Notes: generated by a model from the sequence alone, not told the origin. A stretch of 60,804 nucleotides of DNA from a virus (IMGVR_UViG_3300035670_000221:1-60804), one strand, 5' to 3'. Numbered from the stretch's first letter, positions 10,001 through 16,736 are shown. Numbers and translations: made by a program.

Positions 10001-10814
10001 CTACGCTCAGGCACAGACACAAATCAAGGCTACTTATCAAACATACTCACAGGCAAATGTTTGGATAGCAGGAGCATTTATTCAGTCTGCACAGGCTCAG
10101 GCTCGTATTATAGCGTATGCAGTTAATAATTATGCACAAGCACAGACTCAAATCAAGACAACCTACAAGGTTTATGCACAGGCTAAGACTTGGATCGAGA
10201 TTACAAGCACGGTATATGCACAGGCACGAACAGCAATTGAGGCGACTTACCAAGCATACGCACAGGCTAATGCATATATTAAACTTGTTGTGTATAATTA
10301 TGCACAAACACAGACAATTATCAAGACTACTTACACTCAGTCTGGACAAGCGGGGGCATTAATTGGACAACTATATCAAGTCCATGCTAATGCCCAAGTA
10401 AGCGTCAAGGCAACGGTTATAATATATGCACAGGCTATCGCTTGGATAGAAGTTACTTCTACAGCATACGGGCAAGCGGGCGCATTAATTGTAACTTATG
10501 TTCAGGTATATGGACAAGCAATAACAACAGTACTCGCTACACAGGCAGTATTCGCACAGGCTCAGGTATTCATTGTCAAGGCTACAGCAGTCGGACAGGC
10601 CGCAGCCTACATTAGAATCGTATTTATTCTACATAAATTAATCATAAGCGACACATCAATGACGCTTGTACTAAGCGATGTAGACCCGCTCGATATCAAT
10701 ATTAAAGATGAGCATAAGGATCATGTAATTACAGATACAAAAGAATTTGATATACAAGTATCAGATAGAGCAGGATTAAGTCTCATACTATCTGATAGAA
10801 ATTACTGGGGGTGA
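7041..10814 (+). CDS. QA-repeat fibre/appendage protein 3 (1257 aa)
   Basis: First ~155 aa closely paralogous to protein 2. Same repeat. Distinct C-terminus with short LxxSD-type repeats. Confidence 0.8.
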   Translation: MAILTKAASSNTVITGVWTLPTNAYGTTSDDQYATHTQSSRNGTAEIRYGFPSYSISDIPDGSTINSVKVSAEVGLNQSIGSVIDITIENPSGTDVGNIGEYSGSTADQVIESTATTIPTLQNLRDQTVFAHFLYDRANSAVSETIRIDYVSITVDYTAGATTVNASAQAQTHIKIIQRGFAQAQADIKVIANSYAQAQAEIAPPFITYNNYAQSMVIIKGLDYAYDTFTRTVNDGWGTAENGGDWTPVITPTSLYQVSSGVGQFILNPTDIMAIIELNEISIGDIDFQVDFYIPSLPPADKSNPAIGLISRASQNFNMTTGWIYSVEVDSLGATASSFMAYVGGTPVYSGGIVESTLSAATWYTVRVQVVNILDGTIDLRAKYWERGTQEPDWQHNINTLPDPIYPEQFAPGSIALLASAEETGYTISVDNLKAQRYISAGFAQAQAEIAAGLSTYNSYAQSLAQVKQTYLGHAQSLGQIKQLYSVYAQAISVTVQKSMVSAQASTWIKQTYKAYAQGQAQIKQTYRAYAQVQVQIKTTYRVYAQAQTQVEQAYLAYAQAQSQVKSQYQSYAQANATITVPSVGGDAYANAGALIGRIEDLYTAIDEVSADDTDFITTSLPTGFYTYRVELEPLNIPDWPIHHILRWRSDTRGTSNLGVQLYDGDTMITSVLVEPANGFQTFEYALSDLEINSIADYSSLIVEFTSTDRTYVSWVELQVPYGAPKKTYRKSGQAQAFIRVTYTYNAYAQAATQIVQSYQQYGQAQSHIVRTENAYAQAQTQIEATLFAYANAQATILQTYLSYANAQAQIEQTYQQYAQAQAQIRQTYLIFAQAQANVKNTYQAYAQAQGQIKQAYIVFANAQTSVKSMYQQYAQTQARILAFNVQAYGQAATIVEGSFTQTAQAQARILAYNVQAYAQAQAEIKATYRAYAQTNTWIKVTFQGYANAQTQIEQTYQAWAQANAYIFVRVFVHGQAQAFIISAREVYAQAQTQIKATYQTYSQANVWIAGAFIQSAQAQARIIAYAVNNYAQAQTQIKTTYKVYAQAKTWIEITSTVYAQARTAIEATYQAYAQANAYIKLVVYNYAQTQTIIKTTYTQSGQAGALIGQLYQVHANAQVSVKATVIIYAQAIAWIEVTSTAYGQAGALIVTYVQVYGQAITTVLATQAVFAQAQVFIVKATAVGQAAAYIRIVFILHKLIISDTSMTLVLSDVDPLDINIKDEHKDHVITDTKEFDIQVSDRAGLSLILSDRNYWG

Positions 10815-10818
10815 TTAA

Positions 10819-11112
10819 ATGGTTAAACCCAATGTCTATGTACTAGGAGGATCGCCAGAGCTTAGATTAGAGTTTTATGATCAAGACGGCGATCCTATGG
10901 TTCCTAACGAAATGCGTCTAAGTGTTAAAGACCCGGCTGGGGAAATTATAACATATTCGGGCGCAGATTTAGTTGCTGCTTCTGGTTATTTATACTACAT
11001 ATATCGCCCCACAGTAATTGGTTGGTACGAATATGAAGGTTGGGGCAAGGATGGAACAGGCCGTGAAATTGCACAGACTAATGGCTTTGAAGTTGTAGAC
11101 CGACTATATTAA
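10819..11112 (+). CDS. Small Ig-like beta-sandwich virion protein (possible fibre adaptor)
   Basis: 97 aa directly after the fibre genes, GGGGGTG RBS, beta-strand pattern (LRLEFYDQDG...LSVKDPAG...GWYEYEGWG). Confidence 0.55.
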   Translation: MVKPNVYVLGGSPELRLEFYDQDGDPMVPNEMRLSVKDPAGEIITYSGADLVAASGYLYYIYRPTVIGWYEYEGWGKDGTGREIAQTNGFEVVDRLY

Positions 11113-11123
11113 ATAAAAAGGAG

Positions 11124-11152
11124 TTGCATTGCGACTTCTAATGTGGTATAGT
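11124..11152 (+). promoter_or_regulatory. Sigma70/SigA-type promoter of the tRNA array
   Basis: TTGCAT, 17 bp, TATAGT with extended -10 TG and A-rich upstream sequence. Confidence 0.75.
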
Positions 11153-11158
11153 ATAGGT

Positions 11159-11203
11159 GAGGCGGAAGGGGTTCCCTAAGTTGAAGCGAATTCCGCCTCG
11201 CCA
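11159..11203 (+). ncRNA. CCA-ending mini-hairpin RNA / leader
   Basis: GAGGCGGAA...TTCCGCCTC-G-CCA stem starting at the expected +1 of the promoter. Confidence 0.35.
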
Positions 11204-11205
11204 AC

Positions 11206-11282
11206 GGCCCCGTATCCCAACCGGCAGAGGAAGAGGACTTAAAATCCTTATAGTGTCAGTTCGAATCTGACCGGGGCTACCA
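11206..11282 (+). tRNA. tRNA-Leu(TAA), short variable loop
   Basis: Acceptor GGCCCCG/CGGGGCT, anticodon arm GAGGA-CT TAA AA-TCCTT, TTCGAAT, CCA. Confidence 0.92.
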
Positions 11283-11285
11283 AAT

Positions 11286-11362
11286 CCCTCCGTACTCCAA
11301 TTGGCAGAGAGGGTAGACTCAAACTCTATTAAGTATCAGTTCGAATCTGATCGGAGGGACCA
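11286..11362 (+). tRNA. tRNA-Leu(CAA), short variable loop
   Basis: CCCTCCG/CGGAGGG, GTAGA-CT CAA AC-TCTAT, CCA. Confidence 0.92.
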
Positions 11363-11363
11363 G

Positions 11364-12032
11364 ATGAATTCAAAGCAAGCAATCTTGCTTGTTAGTTGGG
11401 CAGGGACAATACATCTAGCAAAGGAATTGTTAGAGACTAGTTTAAAAGATTATAATAGAGATATTGTTGTAGTTATCAATGATATTGCAGCCGTAAAGGA
11501 TGAAGAGACATTATCGTGGCTTATGAATTGTGGGCACAAGGTATTTCCCGTCGAAGGTAATCGCTGGGAAATGGGTGGCCTAGAAGCCATGATTGTCTTT
11601 ACAGGATACGAGGAGTTTATTCTTATTCAGGATACATTGGAAATTAAGGATACTAAAATCTTTGATATCATGTTTGATGAATATCCCGGTAGGAGTGTTG
11701 CCTTCGGTAAAGACTGGGCATGTTATCTAGGAAAGTATCGTAGGCAGATTTTAATGCAGTTCCCGTTACCGCCCGTTCTTAATAAGATGGATGCCTTCTA
11801 CTGGGAGCAAGTGCTTCCAATGGCATATGAAGGAGTTGCGAAGCAATTAGAGGGGCATGAGTTAGCAGTATTATTCCCTGAGTGGCACAACAAGAATCCA
11901 AACAACTACTACGATGAGAAGTTTGGAAGGACTAACATCGTGTTAGACAATCCGTATCTAATCAAGAGAAAGTCAGTTGAGTGGCCCGGTCCATTTAATA
12001 TTAGGGCGAGAGTCTTTCATGGCGATGAATAA
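11364..12032 (+). CDS. Putative GT-A-like glycosyltransferase
   Basis: Start moved to ATG 11364 because the longer ORF overlaps a tRNA. ILLVSW...IVVVIND...EFILIQD pattern. Paralogue of 13068..13787. Confidence 0.5.
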   Translation: MNSKQAILLVSWAGTIHLAKELLETSLKDYNRDIVVVINDIAAVKDEETLSWLMNCGHKVFPVEGNRWEMGGLEAMIVFTGYEEFILIQDTLEIKDTKIFDIMFDEYPGRSVAFGKDWACYLGKYRRQILMQFPLPPVLNKMDAFYWEQVLPMAYEGVAKQLEGHELAVLFPEWHNKNPNNYYDEKFGRTNIVLDNPYLIKRKSVEWPGPFNIRARVFHGDE

Positions 12033-12984
12033 ATTACGAGTAGGGTCGTTGTTCTCTGGCGCAGGAATGCTGGACCTTGGCTTAGAGTGGGCCGGTATGG
12101 AAACAATCTTTCAGGTAGAGATTGATCCTTGGAACCAGCATTTGCTAGAGAAGAATTTCCCGAATACAATTAAATACACAGATATCAAGGAAGTAGATTG
12201 TGAAGATTTACCAAGAGTCGATGTTCTCGCAGGAGGATTCCCCTGCCAGCCAGTCTCCATCGCCGGAAAGAAAAAGGCGCAGGAAGATGAAAGGTGGCTC
12301 TGGCCGGAATTTGCTAGAATCATTCGCGGCCTTAGACCAAGATTCGTCCTTGTGGAAAATGTCCCCGGACTACTTGGCAGAGGTTTCGGGGAAGTCCTCG
12401 CAGACCTTTCCACGCTCGGGTATGATGCGGAGTGGACAACTTTTCCAGCAGCCTTCGTTGGCAGCCCGCATCAAAGAGATAGACTATGGCTTGTGGCCTA
12501 CTCCAACATCGAGCGATGGAACGGGTGGACCGGGAACATCGGAGAAGCGTCAGGGAGGAATGAACCTTCGGACAGCAGTAACAATTTGGCCGACACCAGC
12601 AGCGAGCGAGGTTCGTCAGGGCTATCAGAGGCGACCAGCCGGGGCGAGTGGAAACAAGCCTCATCAGAAGTCCTTGACAACGAGAGTGGTGGACGCAGAG
12701 AGGGAAGCACAGAAGATTTGGCCGACTCCAAGGGCATCGGAGTGGAAGGGTACAGGACCGATTGGTTCGTCATCCCACCAGCACCGATTATCACGGAAAT
12801 ATTTAGACGCTACCGTACAGGACGCGGAGCAGATTACTGGGCAACTGAACCCGAATTGGGTAGATTGGCTCATGGGACTCCCCGTAGGGTACACAGATTG
12901 TGGTCACTCGGCAACGGCGTCGTGCCCCAAGTCGCGGAAGTAATTGGTAGATTAATTGTAGACGCAAACAACAAGGCTTCGTAG
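12025..12984 (+). CDS. DNA cytosine-5 methyltransferase, alpha polypeptide
   Basis: Motif I SLFSGAG, IV GGFPCQ, VI ENVPG, VIII HQRDR, X LGNGVVP. Confidence 0.92.
   Translation: MNKLRVGSLFSGAGMLDLGLEWAGMETIFQVEIDPWNQHLLEKNFPNTIKYTDIKEVDCEDLPRVDVLAGGFPCQPVSIAGKKKAQEDERWLWPEFARIIRGLRPRFVLVENVPGLLGRGFGEVLADLSTLGYDAEWTTFPAAFVGSPHQRDRLWLVAYSNIERWNGWTGNIGEASGRNEPSDSSNNLADTSSERGSSGLSEATSRGEWKQASSEVLDNESGGRREGSTEDLADSKGIGVEGYRTDWFVIPPAPIITEIFRRYRTGRGADYWATEPELGRLAHGTPRRVHRLWSLGNGVVPQVAEVIGRLIVDANNKAS
12200..12943 (+). CDS. Overlapping alternative-frame methyltransferase beta polypeptide (start uncertain)
   Basis: 247-codon ORF inside the MTase gene with three WPTPxxS repeats and a motif IX-like LNPNWVDWLMGLPVGYT. 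Confidence 0.7.
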   Translation: MKIYQESMFSQEDSPASQSPSPERKRRRKMKGGSGRNLLESFAALDQDSSLWKMSPDYLAEVSGKSSQTFPRSGMMRSGQLFQQPSLAARIKEIDYGLWPTPTSSDGTGGPGTSEKRQGGMNLRTAVTIWPTPAASEVRQGYQRRPAGASGNKPHQKSLTTRVVDAEREAQKIWPTPRASEWKGTGPIGSSSHQHRLSRKYLDATVQDAEQITGQLNPNWVDWLMGLPVGYTDCGHSATASCPKSRK

Positions 12985-13051
12985 CCCAATAGGTAGAGGC
13001 ATATGCCTTAGGAGCATACAAGTGAGAGTTCGAATCTCTCCGAAGCCACCA
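12975..13051 (+). tRNA. tRNA-Leu(TAG), short variable loop
   Basis: GGCTTCG/CGAAGCC, TATGC-CT TAG GA-GCATA, CCA. Confidence 0.92.
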
Positions 13052-13067
13052 AACTTTAGGTGAATAA

Positions 13068-13787
13068 ATGAAACAAGGAATTGTAGTAGTTACATGGAGC
13101 GGGGGCGCTAAGTGGGCTAACCTTTGTCTAGATAGTCTAAGCCCGCTATATGGGCAGTACCCATTCTATGTTGTAGTTAACGACGGCAAGAATGCCCATC
13201 CTAAGTGGATAGAAGAGTTAACCAAGTATTTTAATGTAGTCTTATTAGATGGCGATCATCGAGAGATGGGCGCAATCAAAGTTATTACAGAGCATACAGA
13301 CCTAGATGAATTCTGGCTGATCCAAGACTCCATCCAGTTTATTAATCCGTCCTTTATATGGGACTCATTCGAAAATCACCCTGGAAAAACTTGCACTTAT
13401 TGCAAGAATCCTATGCAGTATTATCTAGGCAAGTGGCAAGCCAGCATCATTAGACAGATGGATAATATTCCTCTACCTAAAACAAAGGAAGAGGCTGTAT
13501 ATCTAGAGCATGAATTCTATAATATGTATAGAGATAAGAAAAATGAACTAGATTATCAACCTCCTGAAATGATTATTTACGATAGCGCATTTAGCCATAA
13601 GAATAAAGAAGCAAATTATATTGAAGAAATTTTAGGCGAGAAAAGACTTAGTGTTGTAGGCATAGGGCTTATCAAGCGCTTATCCCTATCTCCTGAAAAC
13701 TTAGTAATCGAGCCAGATAGGCGACCATTTACAGAAGAAGAATATCTAGAATGGTTAGGTAGTTTCCAAGGATCGCCGCCAAGTTAA
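13068..13787 (+). CDS. Putative GT-A-like glycosyltransferase (paralogue of 11364..12032)
   Basis: Shared motifs VVVND, EMG, LIQD, YLGK, PLP..K.EA. Confidence 0.5.
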   Translation: MKQGIVVVTWSGGAKWANLCLDSLSPLYGQYPFYVVVNDGKNAHPKWIEELTKYFNVVLLDGDHREMGAIKVITEHTDLDEFWLIQDSIQFINPSFIWDSFENHPGKTCTYCKNPMQYYLGKWQASIIRQMDNIPLPKTKEEAVYLEHEFYNMYRDKKNELDYQPPEMIIYDSAFSHKNKEANYIEEILGEKRLSVVGIGLIKRLSLSPENLVIEPDRRPFTEEEYLEWLGSFQGSPPS

Positions 13788-13792
13788 TCTGC

Positions 13793-13869
13793 GCCCCCGT
13801 AGCTCAATGGATTAGAGCAGGGCGTTTCTACCGCCAAGGTTGGGAGTTCGAATCTCTTCGGGGGTGCCA
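13793..13869 (+). tRNA. tRNA-Arg(TCT)
   Basis: GCCCCCG/CGGGGGT, GGCG-TT TCT AC-CGCC, A20-type D loop, CCA. Confidence 0.88.
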
Positions 13870-13887
13870 ATTCTTTAGGAGTATTAT

Positions 13888-14427
13888 ATGATTAAGTTAG
13901 ACATAGGTGCAGGAGGGCCATCAGGCGACGACTCCTTTATATCTATTGATAAATATGTTGAGTCTGCTGATATCAAGGCAGATATGTGGGAGTTGCCATT
14001 CGCTGATGGTGAGGTAGATATAATCTACGCTTCCCATTGTCTGGAACACATATCCAAGTATATGGTAATGCCCACACTTCTAGAATGGAAGCGGGTATTA
14101 AAGGTCGGGGGAAGATTACAGGTATTGGTACCAGACCTTACATGGGCCTGTATGTGGTGGCTGCAACACCCGTATAATAACTGGTGCATGGATATCATCT
14201 ACGGTAATCAGAAGCATGAAGGACAGTTTCATAAGACAGGATTTACTCCTGACATTATGAGATATTATATTCAGGATATTCCAGGCTTAGAAATACGAAA
14301 GATTACTTACTTTGGGGGTACGATAGAAGATATCTATAAGACCTACAAAGAGGGCGATGTACTAGAGCAGCGAGTTATTAACTTTGAAATAGAGAGAGTT
14401 GAAGATGGACAATCAGATATTGTATGA
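13888..14427 (+). CDS. Class I SAM-dependent methyltransferase
   Basis: LDIGAG, LPFADGEVD, SHCLEHI, RVLKVGG motifs. Confidence 0.85.
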   Translation: MIKLDIGAGGPSGDDSFISIDKYVESADIKADMWELPFADGEVDIIYASHCLEHISKYMVMPTLLEWKRVLKVGGRLQVLVPDLTWACMWWLQHPYNNWCMDIIYGNQKHEGQFHKTGFTPDIMRYYIQDIPGLEIRKITYFGGTIEDIYKTYKEGDVLEQRVINFEIERVEDGQSDIV

Positions 14428-14569
14428 TAGGTATGAAGCAGCAGCCAAGGCCATCAGAGAATGTAAGGTAGCGGATAAGGCGGCTGAGAGAAAGTTTGGC
14501 ATAGCCTACCAGAATCTTGTAAAGGCTGGATTAGCCATGCAGATCAAGAAGAAATACAGGAGTGGATAG
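14405..14569 (+). CDS. Hypothetical protein (54 aa, not in ORF track)
   Basis: MDNQILYDRYEAAAKAIRECKVADKAAERKFGIAYQNLVKAGLAMQIKKKYRSG fills the gap between neighbouring genes. Confidence 0.6.
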   Translation: MDNQILYDRYEAAAKAIRECKVADKAAERKFGIAYQNLVKAGLAMQIKKKYRSG

Positions 14570-14570
14570 A

Positions 14571-14753
14571 ATGCCGGTTACAGTTAGAGATGGACAGAAG
14601 GTATGGCCTACTTGTCCAGAGTGTGGGTGCAGACTAAGAAATTTATCTGGCTTTATTTTAACTCACTTTCATAATGATGAAGATGAGGAACATGATGCTA
14701 GAGGATGCAAGTGCCCATTAGTAAACGAGATGTGGGAAATCTTAATTAAATAA
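14571..14753 (+). CDS. Small Cys/His zinc-binding protein
   Basis: CPECGC...H...CKC. GGAG upstream of ATG 14571. Confidence 0.55.
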   Translation: MPVTVRDGQKVWPTCPECGCRLRNLSGFILTHFHNDEDEEHDARGCKCPLVNEMWEILIK

Positions 14754-14758
14754 TTTTA

Positions 14759-14837
14759 CGGGGTGTAGCTCAGTTTGGTTTAGAGCGCGTGGTTTGGGTC
14801 CATGAGGCCGTAGGTTCGAATCCTATCACCCCGACCA
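14759..14837 (+). tRNA. tRNA-Pro(TGG)
   Basis: CGGGGTG/CACCCCG, CGTGG-TT TGG GT-CCATG, CCA. Confidence 0.95.
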
Positions 14838-14906
14838 ATTTCATAACAAAGGAGTGAAGTTTGCTGAAATTCGCCCTAAATAGGTTAGTTTTCAGCATTA
14901 ATAGAT

Positions 14907-15233
14907 ATGGGAAAGAAGCGAAGATTGCGTACTTCGTGGTTGTTCGCTGCTAAGATAACAGGTAATTTTCCATTCGATTTTCATTTTATGCGGGACGAAA
15001 GGACTAGTCAGATTCAATGTTCGTACTGCGGTAGATTTATACCGATAGATACGATGACTAGGGATCATGTATACCCTAAGAGTTTGGATGGTACTTATAC
15101 AACACCTTGTTGTACTCCATGCAATATAGCGAAAGAGGATAAGCGTCCTATAGAGTGGGCACTATTTGCAACGGAAAGCGAAATAGCGTTCGGAAAGGAG
15201 TGGGTGTTACCCAAAAATCGGGCGCAAGATTAG
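14907..15233 (+). CDS. HNH endonuclease
   Basis: CSYCG...TRDHVYPKS...CCTPCNIAK. Confidence 0.85.
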   Translation: MGKKRRLRTSWLFAAKITGNFPFDFHFMRDERTSQIQCSYCGRFIPIDTMTRDHVYPKSLDGTYTTPCCTPCNIAKEDKRPIEWALFATESEIAFGKEWVLPKNRAQD

Positions 15234-15308
15234 GCTGCGGTAATGTAAAGGTCAACATGACAGTCTTCCAAACTGTAAATCGGAGTTCGATTCCCCGTCG
15301 CAGCACCA
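15234..15308 (+). tRNA. tRNA-Gly(TCC), atypical A73
   Basis: GCTGCGG/TCGCAGC, ACAGT-CT TCC AA-ACTGT, A-CCA. Confidence 0.85.
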
Positions 15309-15309
15309 T

Positions 15310-15384
15310 GCGGTAATAGTATAACGGTAATTACATCGGCTTGCCAAGTCGAGGATCGGGGTTCGATTCCCCGTTACCGCTCCA
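15310..15384 (+). tRNA. tRNA-Gly(GCC)
   Basis: GCGGTAA/TTACCGC, TCGGC-TT GCC AA-GTCGA, T-CCA. Confidence 0.93.
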
Positions 15385-15407
15385 GCCGCTAAGGTAAACC
15401 AAAGGAA

Positions 15408-15551
15408 GTGGTAAAAGTGACGGAAGATAAGCGGCTGTTAATTACGCAATGGGCGCAAGATGCGGCAACAACTACAAAATATTATAAATTATTTATTGAT
15501 AGTTTGATAGCAATGCAGTTAATCTTTACTCTAGTGCTATTATTTTTATAG
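15408..15551 (+). CDS. Small hypothetical membrane protein (47 aa)
   Basis: GTG-start ORF between tRNAs with hydrophobic C-terminus (LIAMQLIFTLVLLFL). Confidence 0.4.
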   Translation: MVKVTEDKRLLITQWAQDAATTTKYYKLFIDSLIAMQLIFTLVLLFL

Positions 15552-15553
15552 AT

Positions 15554-15629
15554 GGGAATGTAGTTTAATTGGTAAAATGCTAGTCTCCAAAACTGGAAGA
15601 TGTAGGTTCGAATCCTGCCAGTCCCGCCA
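15554..15629 (+). tRNA. tRNA-Trp(CCA)
   Basis: CTAGT-CT CCA AA-ACTGG, G-CCA. One acceptor mismatch. Confidence 0.9.
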
Positions 15630-15643
15630 ACTTAAGGTGTACA

Positions 15644-15799
15644 ATGAAATGTTCTAATGTTAATTGTGCAAAGCAGTCTGATGAGTATTGCAATGTAGTA
15701 TTTACTAAGCCTTCTGATAGTGCCTCTTACACACTTTGTTTAGATTGCTACAGATTAGTTATACTTACAACTAGACGATTAATCGATAAGCCACGGTAG
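15644..15799 (+). CDS. Small Cys-rich hypothetical protein (51 aa)
   Basis: AAGGTG RBS, MKCSNVNC...LCLDC. Stop codon lies inside tRNA-Phe. Confidence 0.45.
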   Translation: MKCSNVNCAKQSDEYCNVVFTKPSDSASYTLCLDCYRLVILTTRRLIDKPR

Positions 15800-15866
15800 C
15801 TCAGTTTGGTAGAGCGATAGGTTGAAGCCCTGTGCGTCGGCGGTTCAAGTCCGTCCCGTGGCACCA
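15790..15866 (+). tRNA. tRNA-Phe(GAA)
   Basis: GCCACGG/CCGTGGC, ATAGG-TT GAA GC-CCTGT, CCA. Confidence 0.95.
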
Positions 15867-15885
15867 CTTATTTAGGAGTTATAGA

Positions 15886-16164
15886 ATGACGAAAGAGTAT
15901 GAATATGTAGTACCAAATTTAGGTAATACCAGTCTTACTACTGGTACTATAACATGGAACGATTATTGGCCTACTAGTACATATTATACTTATTGGTATC
16001 CTCAGACAATTTATAAGTATCAAGTGTTTTGTCCAAAGTCTAGATGCAAGGGTGTTACTTGGGGCGAGTTAAATACTACGGTAACTTGTCCTAAGTGTTT
16101 CTCTACTATTAAGTTAGTAAGTAGTCCAACACCTAAGCCAGATTACGAAGTCGAAGTGAGTTAA
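15886..16164 (+). CDS. Zinc-ribbon hypothetical protein
   Basis: AGGAG RBS before ATG 15886. CPKSRC...CPKC. Confidence 0.65.
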   Translation: MTKEYEYVVPNLGNTSLTTGTITWNDYWPTSTYYTYWYPQTIYKYQVFCPKSRCKGVTWGELNTTVTCPKCFSTIKLVSSPTPKPDYEVEVS

Positions 16165-16240
16165 GTTGGACCCAGTAATATTAATATTAATTGCAATAGT
16201 TTGTTTAGCAGCAGCATTCTATATTAGAAAAGAATACTAA

Positions 16241-16317
16241 GGGCCATTAGCTCAATCCGGCAGAGCAAGGGACTTTTAATCCACAGGTTGTAGGTTCAAA
16301 TCCTACATGGCTCACCA
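16241..16317 (+). tRNA. tRNA-Lys(TTT)
   Basis: GGGCCAT/ATGGCTC, GGA-CT TTT AA-TCC (upper two anticodon-stem pairs mismatched), CCA. Confidence 0.88.
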
Positions 16318-16488
16318 GATTATTTATGTTAGGTCTGATGTTCCGCGCCTATCGGGTTGGAGGAAGAAGGATAGGGCCAACCAAACCAAAGGGTGATATT
16401 ATGATTCTGTTAGCGTTTATCTTATTAGTATTATTGTTTGATGCTTTTGCAGTAACGCTAGGGGAGGATACAGCATTACGGGGGTAAA

Positions 16489-16686
16489 ATGGTACAGATA
16501 TGGATGCTATTCGAAGATAATACATTCGATGCTACACCACCAATAGAACGATACTTGGCTGAATTACTGGTCGCAGATATTGCTGGCGGTAATCCATGGC
16601 AGATTACTTCTAACCCTCCGTCATATAAGTATGTTAAGAAATTAATATTAATTCCTGTAGGGGTGCGTAACTCAAAGGTAGAGTAG
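16489..16686 (+). CDS. Hypothetical protein
   Basis: 65-aa ORF with GGGGG upstream. 3' end runs 26 nt into tRNA-Lys(CTT). Confidence 0.45.
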   Translation: MVQIWMLFEDNTFDATPPIERYLAELLVADIAGGNPWQITSNPPSYKYVKKLILIPVGVRNSKVE

Positions 16687-16735
16687 GAGACTCTTAATCT
16701 CTTAGTTGGAGGTTCGAATCCTCTCGCACTCGCCA
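16661..16735 (+). tRNA. tRNA-Lys(CTT)
   Basis: GGGTGCG/CGCACTC, GGAGA-CT CTT AA-TCTCT, CCA. Confidence 0.93.
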
Positions 16736-16736
16736 T

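Noticed and set aside
1285-10362. Many minus-strand and off-frame ORFs (LCLCLS-rich, HRHR-rich) within the fibre genes
   Set aside because: They are shadows of the GCA/CAA/CAG repeat codons, with no independent coding signal.
1690-10600. ~42-bp periodic DNA repeats as a CRISPR array or satellite
   Set aside because: Copies are degenerate at third codon positions and in frame, with no identical repeat/unique spacer pattern and no cas genes.
11301-11363. N-terminal extensions of tracked ORFs starting at 11301 and 15832
   Set aside because: They overlap tRNAs. Downstream ATGs at 11364 and 15886 are better starts.
13793-13869. Amber suppressor tRNA (CTA inside TTTCTAC) and stop-codon recoding
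   Set aside because: Stem pairing centres TCT in a 7-nt loop and Arg identity elements are present. Genes are full length under code 11 and use TAG as a stop.
16318-16400. tRNA-associated theta/HDV-like or hammerhead ribozyme
   Set aside because: I could not fit the nested double pseudoknot, and CTGATG lacks the following A and a matching GAAA core.
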